Shown here: positions 1 to 13,043 of the stretch, piece after piece
How positions within the stretch are numbered: the stretch's first letter is position 1
Layout of the letters: each line of letters opens with the position of its first letter
Origin: Mobula hypostoma
Lineage: Eukaryota
Length of the DNA: 64,000 nt
Direction: 5' to 3'
NCBI RefSeq assembly: GCF_963921235.1
Contig: NC_086097.1
Span: 152,522,001 to 152,586,000, forward strand
Made by a program: the position numbers and the translations under genes
Notes under the pieces: generated by a model
Databases searched by the model: none
Told to the model about the DNA's origin: nothing
Seen by the model: the letters and a program-made list of their open reading frames with translations, nothing else

Positions 1-329
1 AAACAGAGACATCTCTTTCTCCCTTAGTATGTCGAATACCAGGTGAACAAGTAGTTTTTGGAGTATTGCAAGTCTGTGTCTTTACTGTTGCTTTTCTCCT
101 GCTCGAGTGCTCTGTGGCGAGTGCTGATGCTTTTTTTTTAACCAGTGGGGGAAGGAAGTTGTTGCTTGCTGCTACCTTCGCATGGGAGAGAGAGGAGTTG
201 GGGGGACTTTAGGGTTCTAACATTTAATTGTCATTCATTCTTTGGGGCACTCCTCTGTTTTTGTTGATGGTTGTGAAGAAAAAGCATTTCAGGACATATA
301 TTGTATACATTTCTCTGACATTAAATGTA

Positions 330-720
330 CTTTTGAAACCTATCGAATGTTGAAAGGACTAGATAAGGTGGATGTGGAGATGATGTTTCCTCTGGTGGGG
401 GTATCCAGAACTAGTGGACACAGCATCAAAAACGAGGGGTGACCTTATAGAACAGAAATAAGGAAGACATTTTTTTTGTCAAAAGTCGTGAATCTGTGGA
501 ATGTTCTGCCACAGACTATGGTGGAAGCCATGACTGTGAGTATATTCAAAGTGGAAGTTGATAGTTTTCTGATTGGTCAGGGCATCAAGGGATATGGTGA
601 GAGGGCAGATGAATGGGGTTGAATGGGATCCAGGATCTGCCATGATTAAATGGCAGAGCAGTCTCGATGGGCTGAATGGCCTAATTCTGTTCCTATGTCT
701 TGTGCTTCTATGGTCTTATA
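330..720 (+). mobile_element. CR1 LINE 3' end fragment
   Basis: ETYRMLKGLDKVDVEMMFPLVGVSRTSGHS matches the ORF2 C-terminus of the younger CR1 copies in this window; followed by the CR1 3' UTR (ggctgaatggcctaattctg) and a short-repeat tail. Confidence 0.85.
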
Positions 721-1078
721 GTCGTAGATGGGTAAATAATGAAAGTATTTTTCCCATGATGAAAATGTCAGATAATAGAGGGATAGAGGGCCAAACTTTT
801 AGATGAGAAGGAGAAAATTTAAAAACGATTCATATGACAAGTTCTTTACATGGAGTTTGACAGGTGCCTGAAATGTATTCTCAGGGGAAGTGGTAGAAGC
901 AGATATGATAGCAACATTCAAGAGGAATTTAGGCAGGCACATGAGCAGGCAATGACATAGACCATGTGAAGGTGAGTAGGACTAGTCTGAATTGGCATTA
1001 TGGTCAGCACAGATAATGTGTGTGAATGGCAATGTTCGTATCTGGTGCTCTTCTGTTTTCCATGTCCTATGTTCTATA
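721..1078 (+). mobile_element. second, older CR1 3' end fragment
   Basis: Degenerate ORF2 end (gtggtagaagcagatatgatagcaacattcaagagg) ending in ctatgttctat. Confidence 0.7.
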
Positions 1079-1329
1079 AGGCAACCTGTTTCCTGTTCAG
1101 AAATCCATACTAGAAATATCAAAGTGCAAACATTCATCGAGAGTGGGATTATTTAAAATGGACAGTGGAACTATAAGAAGTGCAGTCAACCATTAGATTC
1201 CATGGCAGAATAAAGATATTTATTTGAAATGGTGGAATAACTGCAATTCCAGCAATCTGTTATATTTAATATTCTTCCCTGGTGGATACTGATCTTTTTG
1301 TTGATCTCCACATGAATGCTGGAAAGAAT

Positions 1330-1640
1330 GGTAGCATTGTGGTTAGCACAATTACATTACAGCACCAGCAGCACCCAGAGCTCAATTCCTATTACTGTCT
1401 GTAAGGAGTTTTACCTACTCCCCGTGATGGCATGGTTTTTCTCCAAGTGCTCTGGTTTCCTCGTACATTACTCACATATATAGTTGGTGTTGGTGGGTTG
1501 TGGGCTTGCTGTGTTAGCACTGGAACTGTGGTGACACTTGTTGGCTGCCCCCCCAGAACAATGGACCATGTTGATTGATGATGGAAAATGATGTATTTCA
1601 CTGACTGTTTCAATGTATGTGTGAAAAATAAAACTAATCA
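1330..1640 (+). mobile_element. V-SINE/HE1-like tRNA-derived SINE
   Basis: A-box-like tagcattgtggttagc, then the V-domain core ctccccgtga...ctccaagtgctctggtttcctc; related copy at 45395-45648. Confidence 0.7.
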
Positions 1641-2169
1641 TTTAAAAACAATATCAGCTTTTTTAAAGTGGCTTTCCAGGTGAAATTTTGCAACATTAAG
1701 AAAAAAGGTTTGCATTTATGATGTTCGCTGCTTTTAAATTGTAAGGCTTCCAAGGCACAATATCAGAGGTGGAAGTTAGATTTATCGAAACTCATTAACA
1801 TCCTCTTATTTCAAAGTGTCTGACTATCAGTAAAACTTCCTTGAAACAGTCTGCAGTACTGTATTGAAATACGGCGATCCATAAGCATTTAACAGCGTCT
1901 TTCTGACCTAGGTAAGTCAATAGATATTCTATTTTGAGAGCCATATTTCATTTATACTCTGTTATGGCACACTTAATGGGTTGTGTTAATGCTATAACGA
2001 CCTAAGTAAGACATTTCCCAGTTCTTTTATGTCCACTAAACCATTTGTTATTATCCATCCCTTCAAACAAGTTTTTGTTTACTTACTATGTAACTTTGTG
2101 TTAAATTTTAATTGATACTGCTTCCATTAAGAGAAGTATGTCCTTGTTATGTTAAAACACCAAAATTTC

Positions 2170-2965
2170 CCTACAGTGCTCAATTTTCCTACTGCTTCAA
2201 CAGGTCTACAGCAGATGCAATCTCACTGGCACTCCATTTGGCTTTGGAGCCCCTGGACACAAGTGAAACTTATGTCAAGCTGCTGTTTATTGATTCAACT
2301 CATGGTTCAATATCATCATCCCCTCACTACTAATCAACAAGCTTCAAAACCTGGGCCTTTGTACCTCCCTCTGCAACTGTATCCTTAACTTCCTTATTGA
2401 GAGAAAACAGTCAGTATAGATCAGAAATAACATCTTCTCCTCATTGACAGTCAACTAACTCATTGTTCTACTCTCCTTACACTCATGACTGTATGACTAG
2501 GAATAGCGCAAAGAGTACTTATTAATTGACCTATGACAGCATTGTTGTTAGCAGAGTCTCAGATGGCAACAAGAAGGCATACAGGAGTGGCATAGTTCAG
2601 CTGGTTGGGTGGTATACTCAAGATCAGCAAGACCAAGAGATTGTGTAAACTTCAGTAAGAATAAGTTGGGACAACAGACATCTGTCTTTATTGTAGAGTC
2701 AGCAGTGGAAAAGCTGAGTAACTTCAAGCTCTTGGGAGTTAGCATCTCAGACAATCTGTCCTGGGCCCAACTTTTTGAAGAAACCAGTGCCTCTGCTTCA
2801 TTTGAAGTTTGATGTTATTCAGTATGTTGCCAAAGATTAGCAAATTTCTACAGATATATAGTGGAGAACTTTCTGACTGGTTACATCACAGCTTGGTATG
2901 GAGCCTCCAAAGCACAGGATCTTAAGAATCTGCATAGGGTTGTAGACTAAGCCAGCCCTTCACGG
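2170..2965 (+). mobile_element. Rex1/Babar LINE RT fragment (left part, split by CR1)
   Basis: [31 protein letters not shown] and AVEKLSNFKLLGVSISDNLSW are Rex1-type RT motifs, paralogous to 42880-45178. Confidence 0.85.
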
Positions 2966-5267
2966 AAGCTGAGAAGCAGGAGCTCAAGGGTAGTAATCTT
3001 GGGATTGCAGCCTGTGCCACGCGACAGTGAGGATAGGAGTAGAATGAGCTGGCAGATAGATGTGTGGCTGAAGAATTGAAGCTGGGGCAGGGATTCAGAT
3101 TTCTGGATAATTGGGACCTTTCTGGGCAGGTGGGACTTGTACAAAAGGAACGGGTTGCAATTGATTCCAAGGGGGACCGATATTCTTGTAGGCAGATTTA
3201 CTAGAGCTGTTGGGAGTGGTTTAAACTGATATGGCAGGGCGATGGAAACCAGGATGATAGTGCTGAGGATGAGCCAGCAGGTTTACCGGTAGATGATGGG
3301 AATGTAAGGAAGGACAAGCCGGTGATTTGGTACAAATGTAGAGACAGCAAAGAGTTAAATTGTACCACAGAGGCAAAATTCAAAAGGGTGGAGAATACAG
3401 GACTGAAGGTGCTGTATTTAAATATGGGTAATATTCAGAATAAGGTGGACAAACCCGTTGGCACAATTAGAGATTGGTTGGTATGATGTTGAGGGCATCA
3501 CTGAGTCATGGCTGAAAGGCCATAGTTGAGAGCTTAACATCAAAGGTATACTTTGTATCGAAAGGGCCAGCAGGAAGGCATAGGTGGTCCTGTGGCTCTT
3601 TTGGTAAGAAGTGGCTTTACCTATTTAGTTAGAGGTGACATAGGGTCAGAGAATGTTGAACCTTTGTGGGTGGAGTTAAGAAATTGCAAAGGTACAAAAA
3701 AAAATTATGGGAATCATATATAGGCCTCCAAATAGCAAGCAAGCTGTGGGACAAGATTGCAAAGGGAGCTGGAAAAGACATATAATAAGGGTAATGACAC
3801 AATTGTAATTGAGAACTTCAATATGGAAAGGGATTGGAAAAATTCAGGTTGGTGTTCGATCGCGGGAGAGGAAATTTGTTGAATGCCTATGAGACGGCTT
3901 TTTAGAGCAGATTGTGCTTGACCTTACTTGAGGAAAGGCTATCTTAGATTGGGCGTTGTGTAATAACCCAGATCTTATTTGGGAGCTTAATGTAAAGGAA
4001 CCCTTAGGAGACAGTGATCACAACATGATTGAATTCATACTGCAATTTCAGAGGGAGAAGCATAAGTCACATGTATCAGTATTGCAATGGAATAAAGGGA
4101 ATTACAGCAGCATGAGAAAGGAGCTTGCCCAGATGGATTGGAGGAGGATACTGGCAGGGATGACGGCAGAACAGAGATGGCTGAAGTTTCTAGGAATAGT
4201 TCATAATGCGCAGGATAGATATAACCCACAGAAGAAGAAGTTCTCAGATAGTAGGAGTAGGCAACCGTAGCTGATAAAGGAAGTTTAGGACTGCATTAAA
4301 GCCAAAGAAAGGGCATATAAGGTAGCAAAAGTGAGTGGGAAGTTGGATGATTGAGAAGCTTTTAAAATCCAGTAAAAGGCAACTAAAAAAGCTATAAGAA
4401 GAAAAACGATAAAATATGAGGGCAAACTAGCCAATAATATAAAGTAGGATACCAAAAGTTTTTTCAGTTATATAAAGAGTAAAAGGGAGGTGAGAGTTGA
4501 TATTGGACCACTGGAAAATGATGCTGGTGAGGTAGTAATGGAAGAAAAAAAATGGCAGATGGGATACAGTATTGGGAAATGCATGATAATACATTCTGGT
4601 AAAAAAAACAATACTGTGGACTATTATCTAAATGAGGAGGAGGTTCAAACATAAGAGCTGTAGATAGACTTGGGAGTCCTCGTGCAAGACTCCCAGAAGG
4701 TTAGTTTACAAGTTGAGTCTGTGGTAAAGAAGGTAAATGCAATGTTGGCATTTATTTCAAGGGGAATAGAACATAGAAGCAAGGAAATAATGGTCAGTCT
4801 TTATAAGACACTAGTCAGGCTGCACTTAGAGCATAGTCAACAGTTTTGGCTCCCATAGCTGTGGACCTACACTCACTGGAATTTAGAAGAGTGCGGGGGG
4901 ATCTCATTGAAACCTTCTGAATATTGAAAGGATTAGTTAGGGTGCGTGTGGAGAGGATGATTCCTTTGGTGGGGGAATCAAGAACTAGAAGGCACAGCCT
5001 CAAAATTGAACAGAAGTAAGGAGAAATTATATTTAGCTAGAGAGTAGAAAACCTGTGGAATGCTCTGCCACAGACTATGGTGAAGGCCAGGTCTGTGCAT
5101 ATATTTAATCTGGATTGTTTCCTGATCGGTCAGAGCGTCAAAGGATATGGCGAGATGGCAGGTGTATGGGGTTGAGTGGTATATGGGATCAGCCATGATG
5201 GAATGCCAGGGCAAACTCAATCGGCTGAATGACCTAATTCTGCTCCTAATGGTATTATGGTATTATC
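2966..5267 (+). mobile_element. CR1 LINE with ORF1 esterase remnant, endonuclease, internally deleted RT and 3' end
   Basis: ORF1-like ttcagatttctggataattggg, endonuclease motif EPLGDSDHNMIEF (3956-4270), ORF2 C-terminal LYKTLVRLHLE, tail ggtattatggtattat. Confidence 0.9.
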
Positions 5268-5655
5268 ATAGACACAATCCTCCTCACCATAGAGGACGTC
5301 TACAAGAGGCAGAGGCTCAAGAAGTTGGCATCCATCATTAAAGATCCTCACCTCCTGGGACATTCCTTCTTCATTTTACTAACATTGAGGTGGAGGTACA
5401 GGAGCCTGAAGCCCTCAAAATTAATGTTTTAAGAACAGTTTCTTCTCCTCTGCCATAAGACTTATTGAAGATCCTTGAATCCATGAGCACCACCTCAATA
5501 TTTTCTATTGCATTATTTATTTCTGTAACTTAAAAAAATATATATTTATTAATTATTTTCATTAATAATGTTTTAATATATTGCATTCTACTGCTGCCAC
5601 AAAACAACAGATTTCACAACATGTGTCAGTGATAATAAACCTGACTGATTCTGAC
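5268..5655 (+). mobile_element. Rex1/Babar 3' end (right part)
   Basis: Resumes Rex1 sequence (accatagaggacgtctacaagagg) and ends in aataaacctgactgattctga, like the Rex1 end at 45178. Confidence 0.8.
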
Positions 5656-8119
5656 TGTAAATTATTTCAGTATAAATAATGACCTACAAAATGTAACAGT
5701 AGCACATACATGTGACATTGCCCTATGGTCACCCTTAGCTCTTCAAGTTAGAGATTCAACTCTTTTTCTTCTCAGCGGTGTTAGAGAAGGAAAATAAATT
5801 TTAGTAGTTGCCAATTAGCAATCAATCAAGAAATTTAAAATGGGATTTCAAGTGCAAATTAAACAGATTAGCTAATTATTTGAAATCACTTAACTCCAGT
5901 GCTAAAATACTGAGTACAGGAATACCATAAGGCCATATTTTGCATTAATTTTAATGGCTAGTGACAATTTCTGCCTTTGTGATTTAATTATTTTTTTCAG
6001 TTAGAAAGGGGTGATTTGATTTTTTTTTGCTGATTGTGTTTTTACCTTTCAAACATTTTACTTAATTTTTATTTCATTTCACATCCAAAATCATACATTT
6101 TACCCTACCATCAAAGATAAAATTGCAACAATCCTGAAATGCTTAAAATGCACAGACTGACCAAATATTATAAGAAAATGTACTTCTGTGCTCTTTACAA
6201 AATACAATTTTAATAATCTTATTTGATTTTATTTGATTACTAACTCTGCTGAAGAAGCAAACAAGACAATTGTTTAAAACATCTCATTCAAGTTTTTTTT
6301 TGCTTTCTGTGGACCTCTGGGGTTGATACCACCCAACCAGCTGAACAACATCACTCCTGTTCCATCACACTCACCATTCATTGTACATCCTGCCCTGGCT
6401 TGACCGTCCAAAATATGTCACCTTACACTATCACATTTGAAATCTATTTCCCATTCCTCAAACCTTCTCCCGAACTAATCAAGATCTCTTTGCAATTCAT
6501 TGTAACCTGCTTCATTATAAACAAGACCCCCACATTTGGTATCGTCTACAAACTTGATAATCATGCAATGTATATTCAAATTATTTACATAAATAATAAA
6601 TACTGTTGCTAATACTTCTGTGCTGTTATCTCAGATTTTGAGACATATCTAATAGACCAAATGCCACCTGTCTCCAAACACTCACTTCTTGGTCCTTAAC
6701 TATTGCATTTCCCATCTCTTTCCCCCAGCCCGCCATCACTACAGCAATATGACAATAGATCCAGACTGAGCCAGGGATTTGCAAGAGTCTTATTTGGTTA
6801 TCCAGCATTCTAATGCTACCGTTAGACTACAGTAGGTGGTGCTACACTGCTGAGTAGCAGGAGCTACCTCTTTGTATTCTCTGTCCCATCAAAACAGTGA
6901 ATGAATATTCAACTTTATTGACAAGCAACCAATTGGAAGGGGCCATCTCAATCATCAGCAAAGTTATTTTGCTGATCCACACATCTTTCAACCAAAAACA
7001 AAAATAAAGTCTGACAGTCACCCTTGTAACTACCAATCCATGGGGTGAATGATCCAACCTTGCAGTGTCCTTCACTAAAGACAGGGGCGGGGGGACAGGT
7101 AATGAGCCCCTCATATTTCACACCCCTCACATTGCCCTTGACCTTATCTCCTTTTGTGTTTGCTCCATTGCTTCCAAGACCCAATTCTTCTACACTTATT
7201 TGCTTCCTTAGTGAATATCCCAATGACCTAGTTTCCACAACCCTCCGGAGTCAAGATTTTAGAGATTCAACACCATCTACAAGAATTTACGGACTGTTTT
7301 CTCCTCTTATTTTCTCTCATCTATATCTTTTAAACTGAATTGCATCTTGATTTACATCTTGATTCCCCATTTAGTTGCATTCAGAAATTATTGCATCATT
7401 TATTGATAATAATCTGTCAAATACTGGATGTAGGCTTACCTGCCTTATTTTTCATTATGCATTGGTTAAGGTCAATGTGATGTCCAAATTTCTAAATGAA
7501 AGAGTGGAATTTCTAGGGTTTCCAGAATCTTAGTGTAATCAATGGAAGTACAAGGTAAACAACATAAATGGTTATTTACACTGTATCTCTAGAGCTTCAA
7601 TGATCTCTCACTGAGATTATGATACAAGTTTGCAAGAAACCTCACAGAATTAATTGTCTACCATGATGCAATATACTTCAATTGATCTCCTTAAGTTTTA
7701 CAACATAATTTCTTACAAGATGGTGGTGTCTGTGGGTGTCTAGTTTTACTGCAACATGTTTCACTCAGAATAAACAAAACTAAGAAAAAAGCTCCCTTAT
7801 TATAGGCAGCTATTCTCAATCTATTCCTAAATATCCAGTGCAATGTGGTACCCTGTGGTGAACTCATTCGTTAAAAATAACACACACTTAAAAATACTCT
7901 GCTTTCAAATTAAAAAGTAATAAACTCATGAAAACGATCAAAGTACATTAAGCTTTACCATCAAATGATATCTGTTTATATCAACTAATTATTTACAAAG
8001 CATATACAATATTTTATGCTCCACTATAAATTTAACCCTGTGCGAACTTACACTTTCTAATCTCTTGCCTACAAAATTTTCCGGCGTAAGTGGTACTTGA
8101 TATAGATGATTAAAGATAT

Positions 8120-9490
8120 AAACGTCTATATAGATTTCTTACTCTAGTGGAATTATGTCTTTCCTGACAAAGAGGAACACTCTACTTCAGATGTGAGACT
8201 TATGGCTGTAAAAAAACTCAGGTTCCAGGGCCTCCTCCGTGCTGGTTGTTGAAGCTGACTCTGGGACCGCAGGAAGCAGTTCTGACGGCGATGGACACCT
8301 TTCTTCTCTAACAATTGACCATCCATTTCCAAGGATGGAGGGGTTCTGCTGTTAGCATCTTCTGGATGTGCTGCCATCCCAAACAGTGCATGGCAAGCTG
8401 CTCAATGTGTTGATCTATCATTGTGACCACGCCTAGATGTTCAGAATGCAGTAAGCTCTCAGCATAAATTGTACAACAGCTCTCAAACTCCACATAAGGC
8501 AACCCCCGTCAAGGGCAGGTTCATCCTGGCTCTGGCAAAAATGGGGGAACTGGAATTTCTGCTGCATATTCTAGCCATTTTGGGTTGCAATGTGGACTTG
8601 AGAATGTGTGGGGTCTTTTCTGGTTTCCCATTGGATCATCTCTGCCCTAATAGACTTTTGATTTGCATTAGGGAAAATACATCAAGGGAAGAGTCTGCTT
8701 TTGTAATTTTTTCGTGTATTTCATTTTCAAAGGGCAAATGGGACTTTTGCAAATCATCAGCATTTCCATGATTAGTTGTCCTTTTGAATTTGATCTTGTA
8801 CTTAAGTTCTCCACGAAAACGAGCCCATCTCTGCATTTATGCTTCTACTGTTAGTAGAACACCCTTCTGTGGGTTGAAAATGGACCAAAGAGGTGAATAA
8901 TCAGTAATGAGAGTAAACTCTCTCCCACACAGGTACTGGTTGAAACAACTTACATCCCAAACCAGACTCAAGGCCTCTCTGTCAATCAGTGTAACGTTTT
9001 TGTCCGCTGCAGTTAGGGAACATGATGTAAAGGATATGGAGCGCTCACTTCTATCACTCATACATGTGACATGACTGCACCTATACCTTAAGACAAGGTG
9101 TCACAGGTAAGCTTCACTGGACAATGTGGATTGTATTGTGCGAGTACAGTGAGAGATGTCACCAATTCCTTTGCCTTTTAGAACGACACCTCAATCTGCT
9201 TTGTCCATTGCCATTTCTTCCCGATTTGTTGTAATGAGTTTAAGTGGTGGAGCACAGTAGCCAGGTTTGGCAAGAGCCTATTATGGTAATGGACAAATCC
9301 TAAAAAGGACCACAACTGTGATATCCACTGCTGCTTGAATTGTTATCAACAGTGTGCAGATTAGTGCTGTTTTAGAAACTGCAAACTGAATTTTTATCTT
9401 TTTCTTCTCCCTGTACAGTCCATTTACTTTTGTCTGTCTGATATGCACTTTGTACGTGTTCTACTTCGTAGCTTTTTCTGCAAGTTTGAT
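8120..9490 (-). mobile_element. Gypsy LTR retrotransposon, decayed gag C-terminus and pol
   Basis: RNase H motifs ERSISFTSCSLTAADKN..DREALSLVW..GREFTLITDY (8837-9061) and MQRWA..YKIKFKRTTNHGNAD (8636-8836); zinc-knuckle remnant near 9430-9490. Confidence 0.85.
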
Positions 9491-9643
9491 ACCCATATAG
9501 GTGAAGTCACAGGAAGTATTGAGGAAGCAGCAAGGCTGCAGAAGGACATTGATCGATTAGGAGAATGGGCAAAGGAGTGTCAAAATACAGTGTTGGGAAG
9601 TGAATGGTCATGAACTTTAGCAGAAGGAATAAAACCATAGACT

Positions 9644-10340
9644 TGTAAGGGGGTTTCGACTTTTATGTTACTACGGAGGCTAATTAAAATGGCGTCTTTG
9701 TTATGTTAATGTGGGGAATGCGGCTTTGTTGTGTTAAACGCTGAGAAAGTTTGTGCTAGTAGCTTGTTTTGGTTTAGAGGGTGATAAGAGGACACTATTA
9801 ACTAATTGGGATAGTTGTTATGGTTTTGGTGTATTTGAAGATACTGTATGCGCGGGGTTTTGGGGCAGAAGGCGGGAGAGCGAGACAGAGGATAGACCAG
9901 GTGCTGTGAGTCCGCTAGTGGGGTCGGACCCCGAGCGGGACGTTTGGCGAGGAGACGGAGACGGACTCGTGTGGAGCGTCTGGTCGACCACCGTTGTTGG
10001 TCCCAGGCAGCCGGTCGAGGTGGTCCGAGGGGTCGCAGGGTGAAGAAGAAGGTCCTTGAGCTCCAACGGTTTTTGTGCATGAAGAGATTGAACTTTGATA
10101 AGTGTGGCGCCTTTTATTTTCCTTTTATATTTTATTCTCTCTTAATTATATAGTTCCAGTAATATTTATAAACTGTAAATCATTTAATTGCATCTGGTGT
10201 ATTGTCCGTTATTTGGGCGGGGTGGGGTACCTCACACAGCATCCACACAAACGAATTACCCAGTTTGGCGGGGCCGAGGCTGTTTCCCTAGACGACAGCG
10301 AGCCGAGCGACCCTGAGGGTGGCCGGGGGGGGGGGCTACA
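9644..10340 (+). repeat. 5' LTR (697 bp)
   Basis: tgtaagggggtttcgac...ggggctaca, a direct repeat of 13044-13736. Confidence 0.95.
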
Positions 10341-10341
10341 T

Positions 10342-10363
10342 TGTGTGGGCTTTTGTCTGGGAT
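10342..10363 (+). promoter_or_regulatory. degenerate primer-binding site (tRNA-Pro-like)
   Basis: tgtgtgggcttttgtctgggat immediately after the LTR resembles TGGGGGCTCGTCCGGGAT. Confidence 0.5.
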
Positions 10364-10559
10364 TGGATCTACTGGTATGCTGTGTGGGTGCCCTGTTTAA
10401 ATCTGTAATGTGTGTCTCTGTGGGTTATTTGCTGGTTATTGCTGTATGTGTGGTGGGTGAGGTCTTTGTTCGAGTTCAGACTTGCATTGACGAGTTGGAG
10501 GTGGAACTCGGGGCTATCCATGCGGTTGGGAGAGAGAGGAAAGAGTGGTCTGATTTGGA

Positions 10560-11049
10560 GGTAGGATCTGCGAATAAATGTTCTAGCTCTGGCAGGCTCC
10601 GCCTGGCACTGCGGATAGTGTCCACCCCAAGAGGGGCAGAGGCGTGCAAGATGTGGGCGGAGCGGATCTCGCAGTTGTTAGATGAGTGGCAGTGCTCGGT
10701 TGAGGGAGAGCGACAGGGATTGGTTGAAAGTTTGAGTAGGCAGGCTGGTGACGGTGTTAGAGCTGTTAGGTTCACTTACACCGTAGTGACAGCTGTCAGT
10801 TATTTGAAAGAAGGGGGAAAGTTTTCAGTCTGTCTTCTCTGGCTAGGAGGGGGGCTAAATTGCTTGCAGTGCCAGGGGGATCATTTCAGGGAATCAGCCC
10901 CTCCTTCAGTTGTTCAGCTGATCAGAGAGGTGTCGGGAAACTTAGTGGAGGCCCAGTGGGGGAACGGCTTGGGGTCTCTGGGGAAGCACATTCCCAGCAA
11001 TGTACCGATGAACTTCCGAAAGGAAAACACCCTATTCCTGAAGGCTTAG
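10560..11049 (+). pseudogene. PNMA-like Gypsy gag remnant
   Basis: [37 protein letters not shown] resembles the PNMA/Gypsy capsid motif GEE.YE.W.EQ..QM..EWQCS..EKR.R..ESL; zinc-knuckle remnant CLQCQGDHF. Confidence 0.75.
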
Positions 11050-11243
11050 AGGGACCACGCCCCAAGGTGTCGCTATGGATAGAGGGAAGCAATGCTAAAG
11101 CTATCCTCGACCCCGAGTCACAGATCAAGTTGTTGTACAGTTCGTTTTACAACCTGTGTCTGAAGCATTTATCCTTGACAACCGCAAGGGCACCGGAGAC
11201 TTTGGGTACTAGTGGCAGTAGTTATCCAGAAGACGATGATTAG
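11030..11243 (+). pseudogene. dead aspartic protease
   Basis: [36 protein letters not shown] aligns to ALLDTGSQV, with the catalytic DTG changed to DPE. Confidence 0.75.
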
Positions 11244-11479
11244 TTAATGACCCTGGAAGTCATGGAGGCATTGTCTGGGCACCCAGCGTGTCAAGTTGCT
11301 TCTGAAGACGTGTGAAGCAGCCTTGAGCCAGTACCAAATTTAAGCGAGACCCAGCGGTGGTACGGCTTGGGGAAAGTAGCTGAGGGTGAGACCCTCTTAG
11401 TAGCTGCTCCGAACTACCACGAGGGAGGGGAGTTGACCGCTGAAGACACCTCAGTGAGAGAGAGGTCGCCGCAACTGGA

Positions 11480-11740
11480 CCCTAGTGGCGTGGAAAATGA
11501 AGGCAGCGTTTGTATGGATTATGCGATGTGGTTTAATGTGCTGAATCTGAGGGGTGGATGATCCTGACGAGTGCGGCTGTTGAGCTGAAGATGGCAGTTA
11601 CTAGTTCCCTAGGATTCTTCCGATCCAAAAAGATGCCCAAGGGCATATCCGGAGCCCCTGCATCCTTCCCGTGGGGCACGAGGAAGACCATGGGCAAGTG
11701 AGGGTGTGTGGAGTTTTGGCGTATGTGGATGACCGCCTAG
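11480..11740 (+). pseudogene. fragmented Gypsy reverse transcriptase motifs
   Basis: VCMDY, WFNVLNLRGG, MPKGISGAPASF and VLAYVDD occur in the correct order with the intervening sequence deleted. Confidence 0.75.
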
Positions 11741-11894
11741 AGCTTGGATTCGCCTGGGGGACTATGAGGCGAGGCGAGTGGCTGAGCCCGGGCGACCGAA
11801 GTGAAGTGTCAAATGTGGAGAAGTTTTTGGCCAGAGGAGTTTGGTGCAATGTGAGAAAAATGACCTGACATACCAGTTGAACTGCCTGGTGTTG

Positions 11895-12542
11895 GGACAG
11901 ATGGTGGTGGACCGGGGGATGGAAACCCAGGTCGTCAATCTGAATGAGACACAGGGGAGAGAGGGGATTTGCACCACACTGTGGTCATGTACTGATGAAT
12001 TAATCCAGCGAGAAGAAACAATGACCCACCTTCGAAGGGATCAGCAGAAACTCAAGACGTCCATTCAGAACAGATTGGAAGACTTACAAGTTAGGGAAGA
12101 TTAAGGAAATGTTCTGACTAAGGTCAACATAAAACTGAGAGCCCAGGGAGGGGAGTTTGACTACACTCCCGAGGAGGTGAAGACATAGAGGACAGATCTC
12201 GGAGAAGGGAGGCGGACGCTTGAGAGGAACCTGAAGGTGACTATCGCGAGTTTAAATGAAGAGGAATAACTGAAAGTTGACCTGGAAGACGTCCTCAGGA
12301 AGAAACAACCGGAGGCTGAATATTCTTTAACTGCTGCTTTTCAGGTCAGGATGGAAGAAGCTGGTGGGGTAACTGCATCCCAGATTGAGATGGCCAGGAA
12401 CCCTGAGTCAGAACTGCGGAGGCTGTGGCGAGAGTTGAAGGAGTCCCCGAAGAAGCTGACGTCTCGGCTGCAGGAGGCTGAAGGGGTAGCCCCGGCTAAC
12501 TGTTTCAGTTTGGAGAAACTCAAACAGCAGCTACTGATCGAG
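11895..12542 (+). pseudogene. MYH16: captured sarcomeric myosin heavy-chain rod fragments, MYH16-like
   Basis: One frame with 3 stops: [107 protein letters not shown]. These match myosin II motifs LDDLQAEEDKVN.LTK, RLEEAGGATSAQIE and RKLAARLQEAE..SLEK.KQRL. The paralog assignment is from memory and less certain than the family. Confidence 0.85.
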
Positions 12543-13030
12543 GGAATGAGGAAGGATATGGGTTCGAAGGATGATGTGCTGCACATGTGGTACATGCTGC
12601 CTTTCGCTAACTTCCCCGTGATTGAGGAAGAGACCTTTGGCCCTTCTCCCACTGAGTCAGGTGTAGTGGGGAGGGCTAGCTGTGGGCAGTCTGAGTTACG
12701 GCAGGATCAGGAAGGAAAAGAAGCGGGGCCCCGGACATGAGACAGGGGGCTCCGAGCTGTAATGGTGGCCTGAATGAGAGAGGAGTTGGCAAGCGGGCCC
12801 GAGGTATCCCTAGTAGTGTCTGAGCCTTTTGGGTTTAGGTGAGGGGGTACGGAGGTCTCGGAGGGTTAAGAAGCTCCCAGATAGGTTGGCCTATGTAGCG
12901 CCCGTGGGACGGGAGTAAGGTCCACTGTTTGGGGAGCACTGTCACTGTGTGTATCTGTGTATGTGTGTGTTGTGTGTCTGCAGGACTGGTTGGCGAGTTA
13001 TTTAGAAGTCATGAGGATATGACTTTATTT

Positions 13031-13043
13031 GGTGGGGGGAGAG
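13031..13043 (+). promoter_or_regulatory. polypurine tract
   Basis: ggtggggggagag abuts the 3' LTR. Confidence 0.8.

Noticed and set aside
7700..8120. 3' LTR for the minus-strand Gypsy element
   Set aside because: No recognisable match to 17478-17729.
10102..11049. 315-aa ORF as a domesticated PNMA-type gene
   Set aside because: Begins at a GTG inside the LTR, gag is internally deleted, and it lies within a TSD-flanked element.
11895..12542. Genuine genomic MYH exons
   Set aside because: No splice sites or introns between blocks, three stops, no other myosin exons in the window, and enclosed by LTRs.
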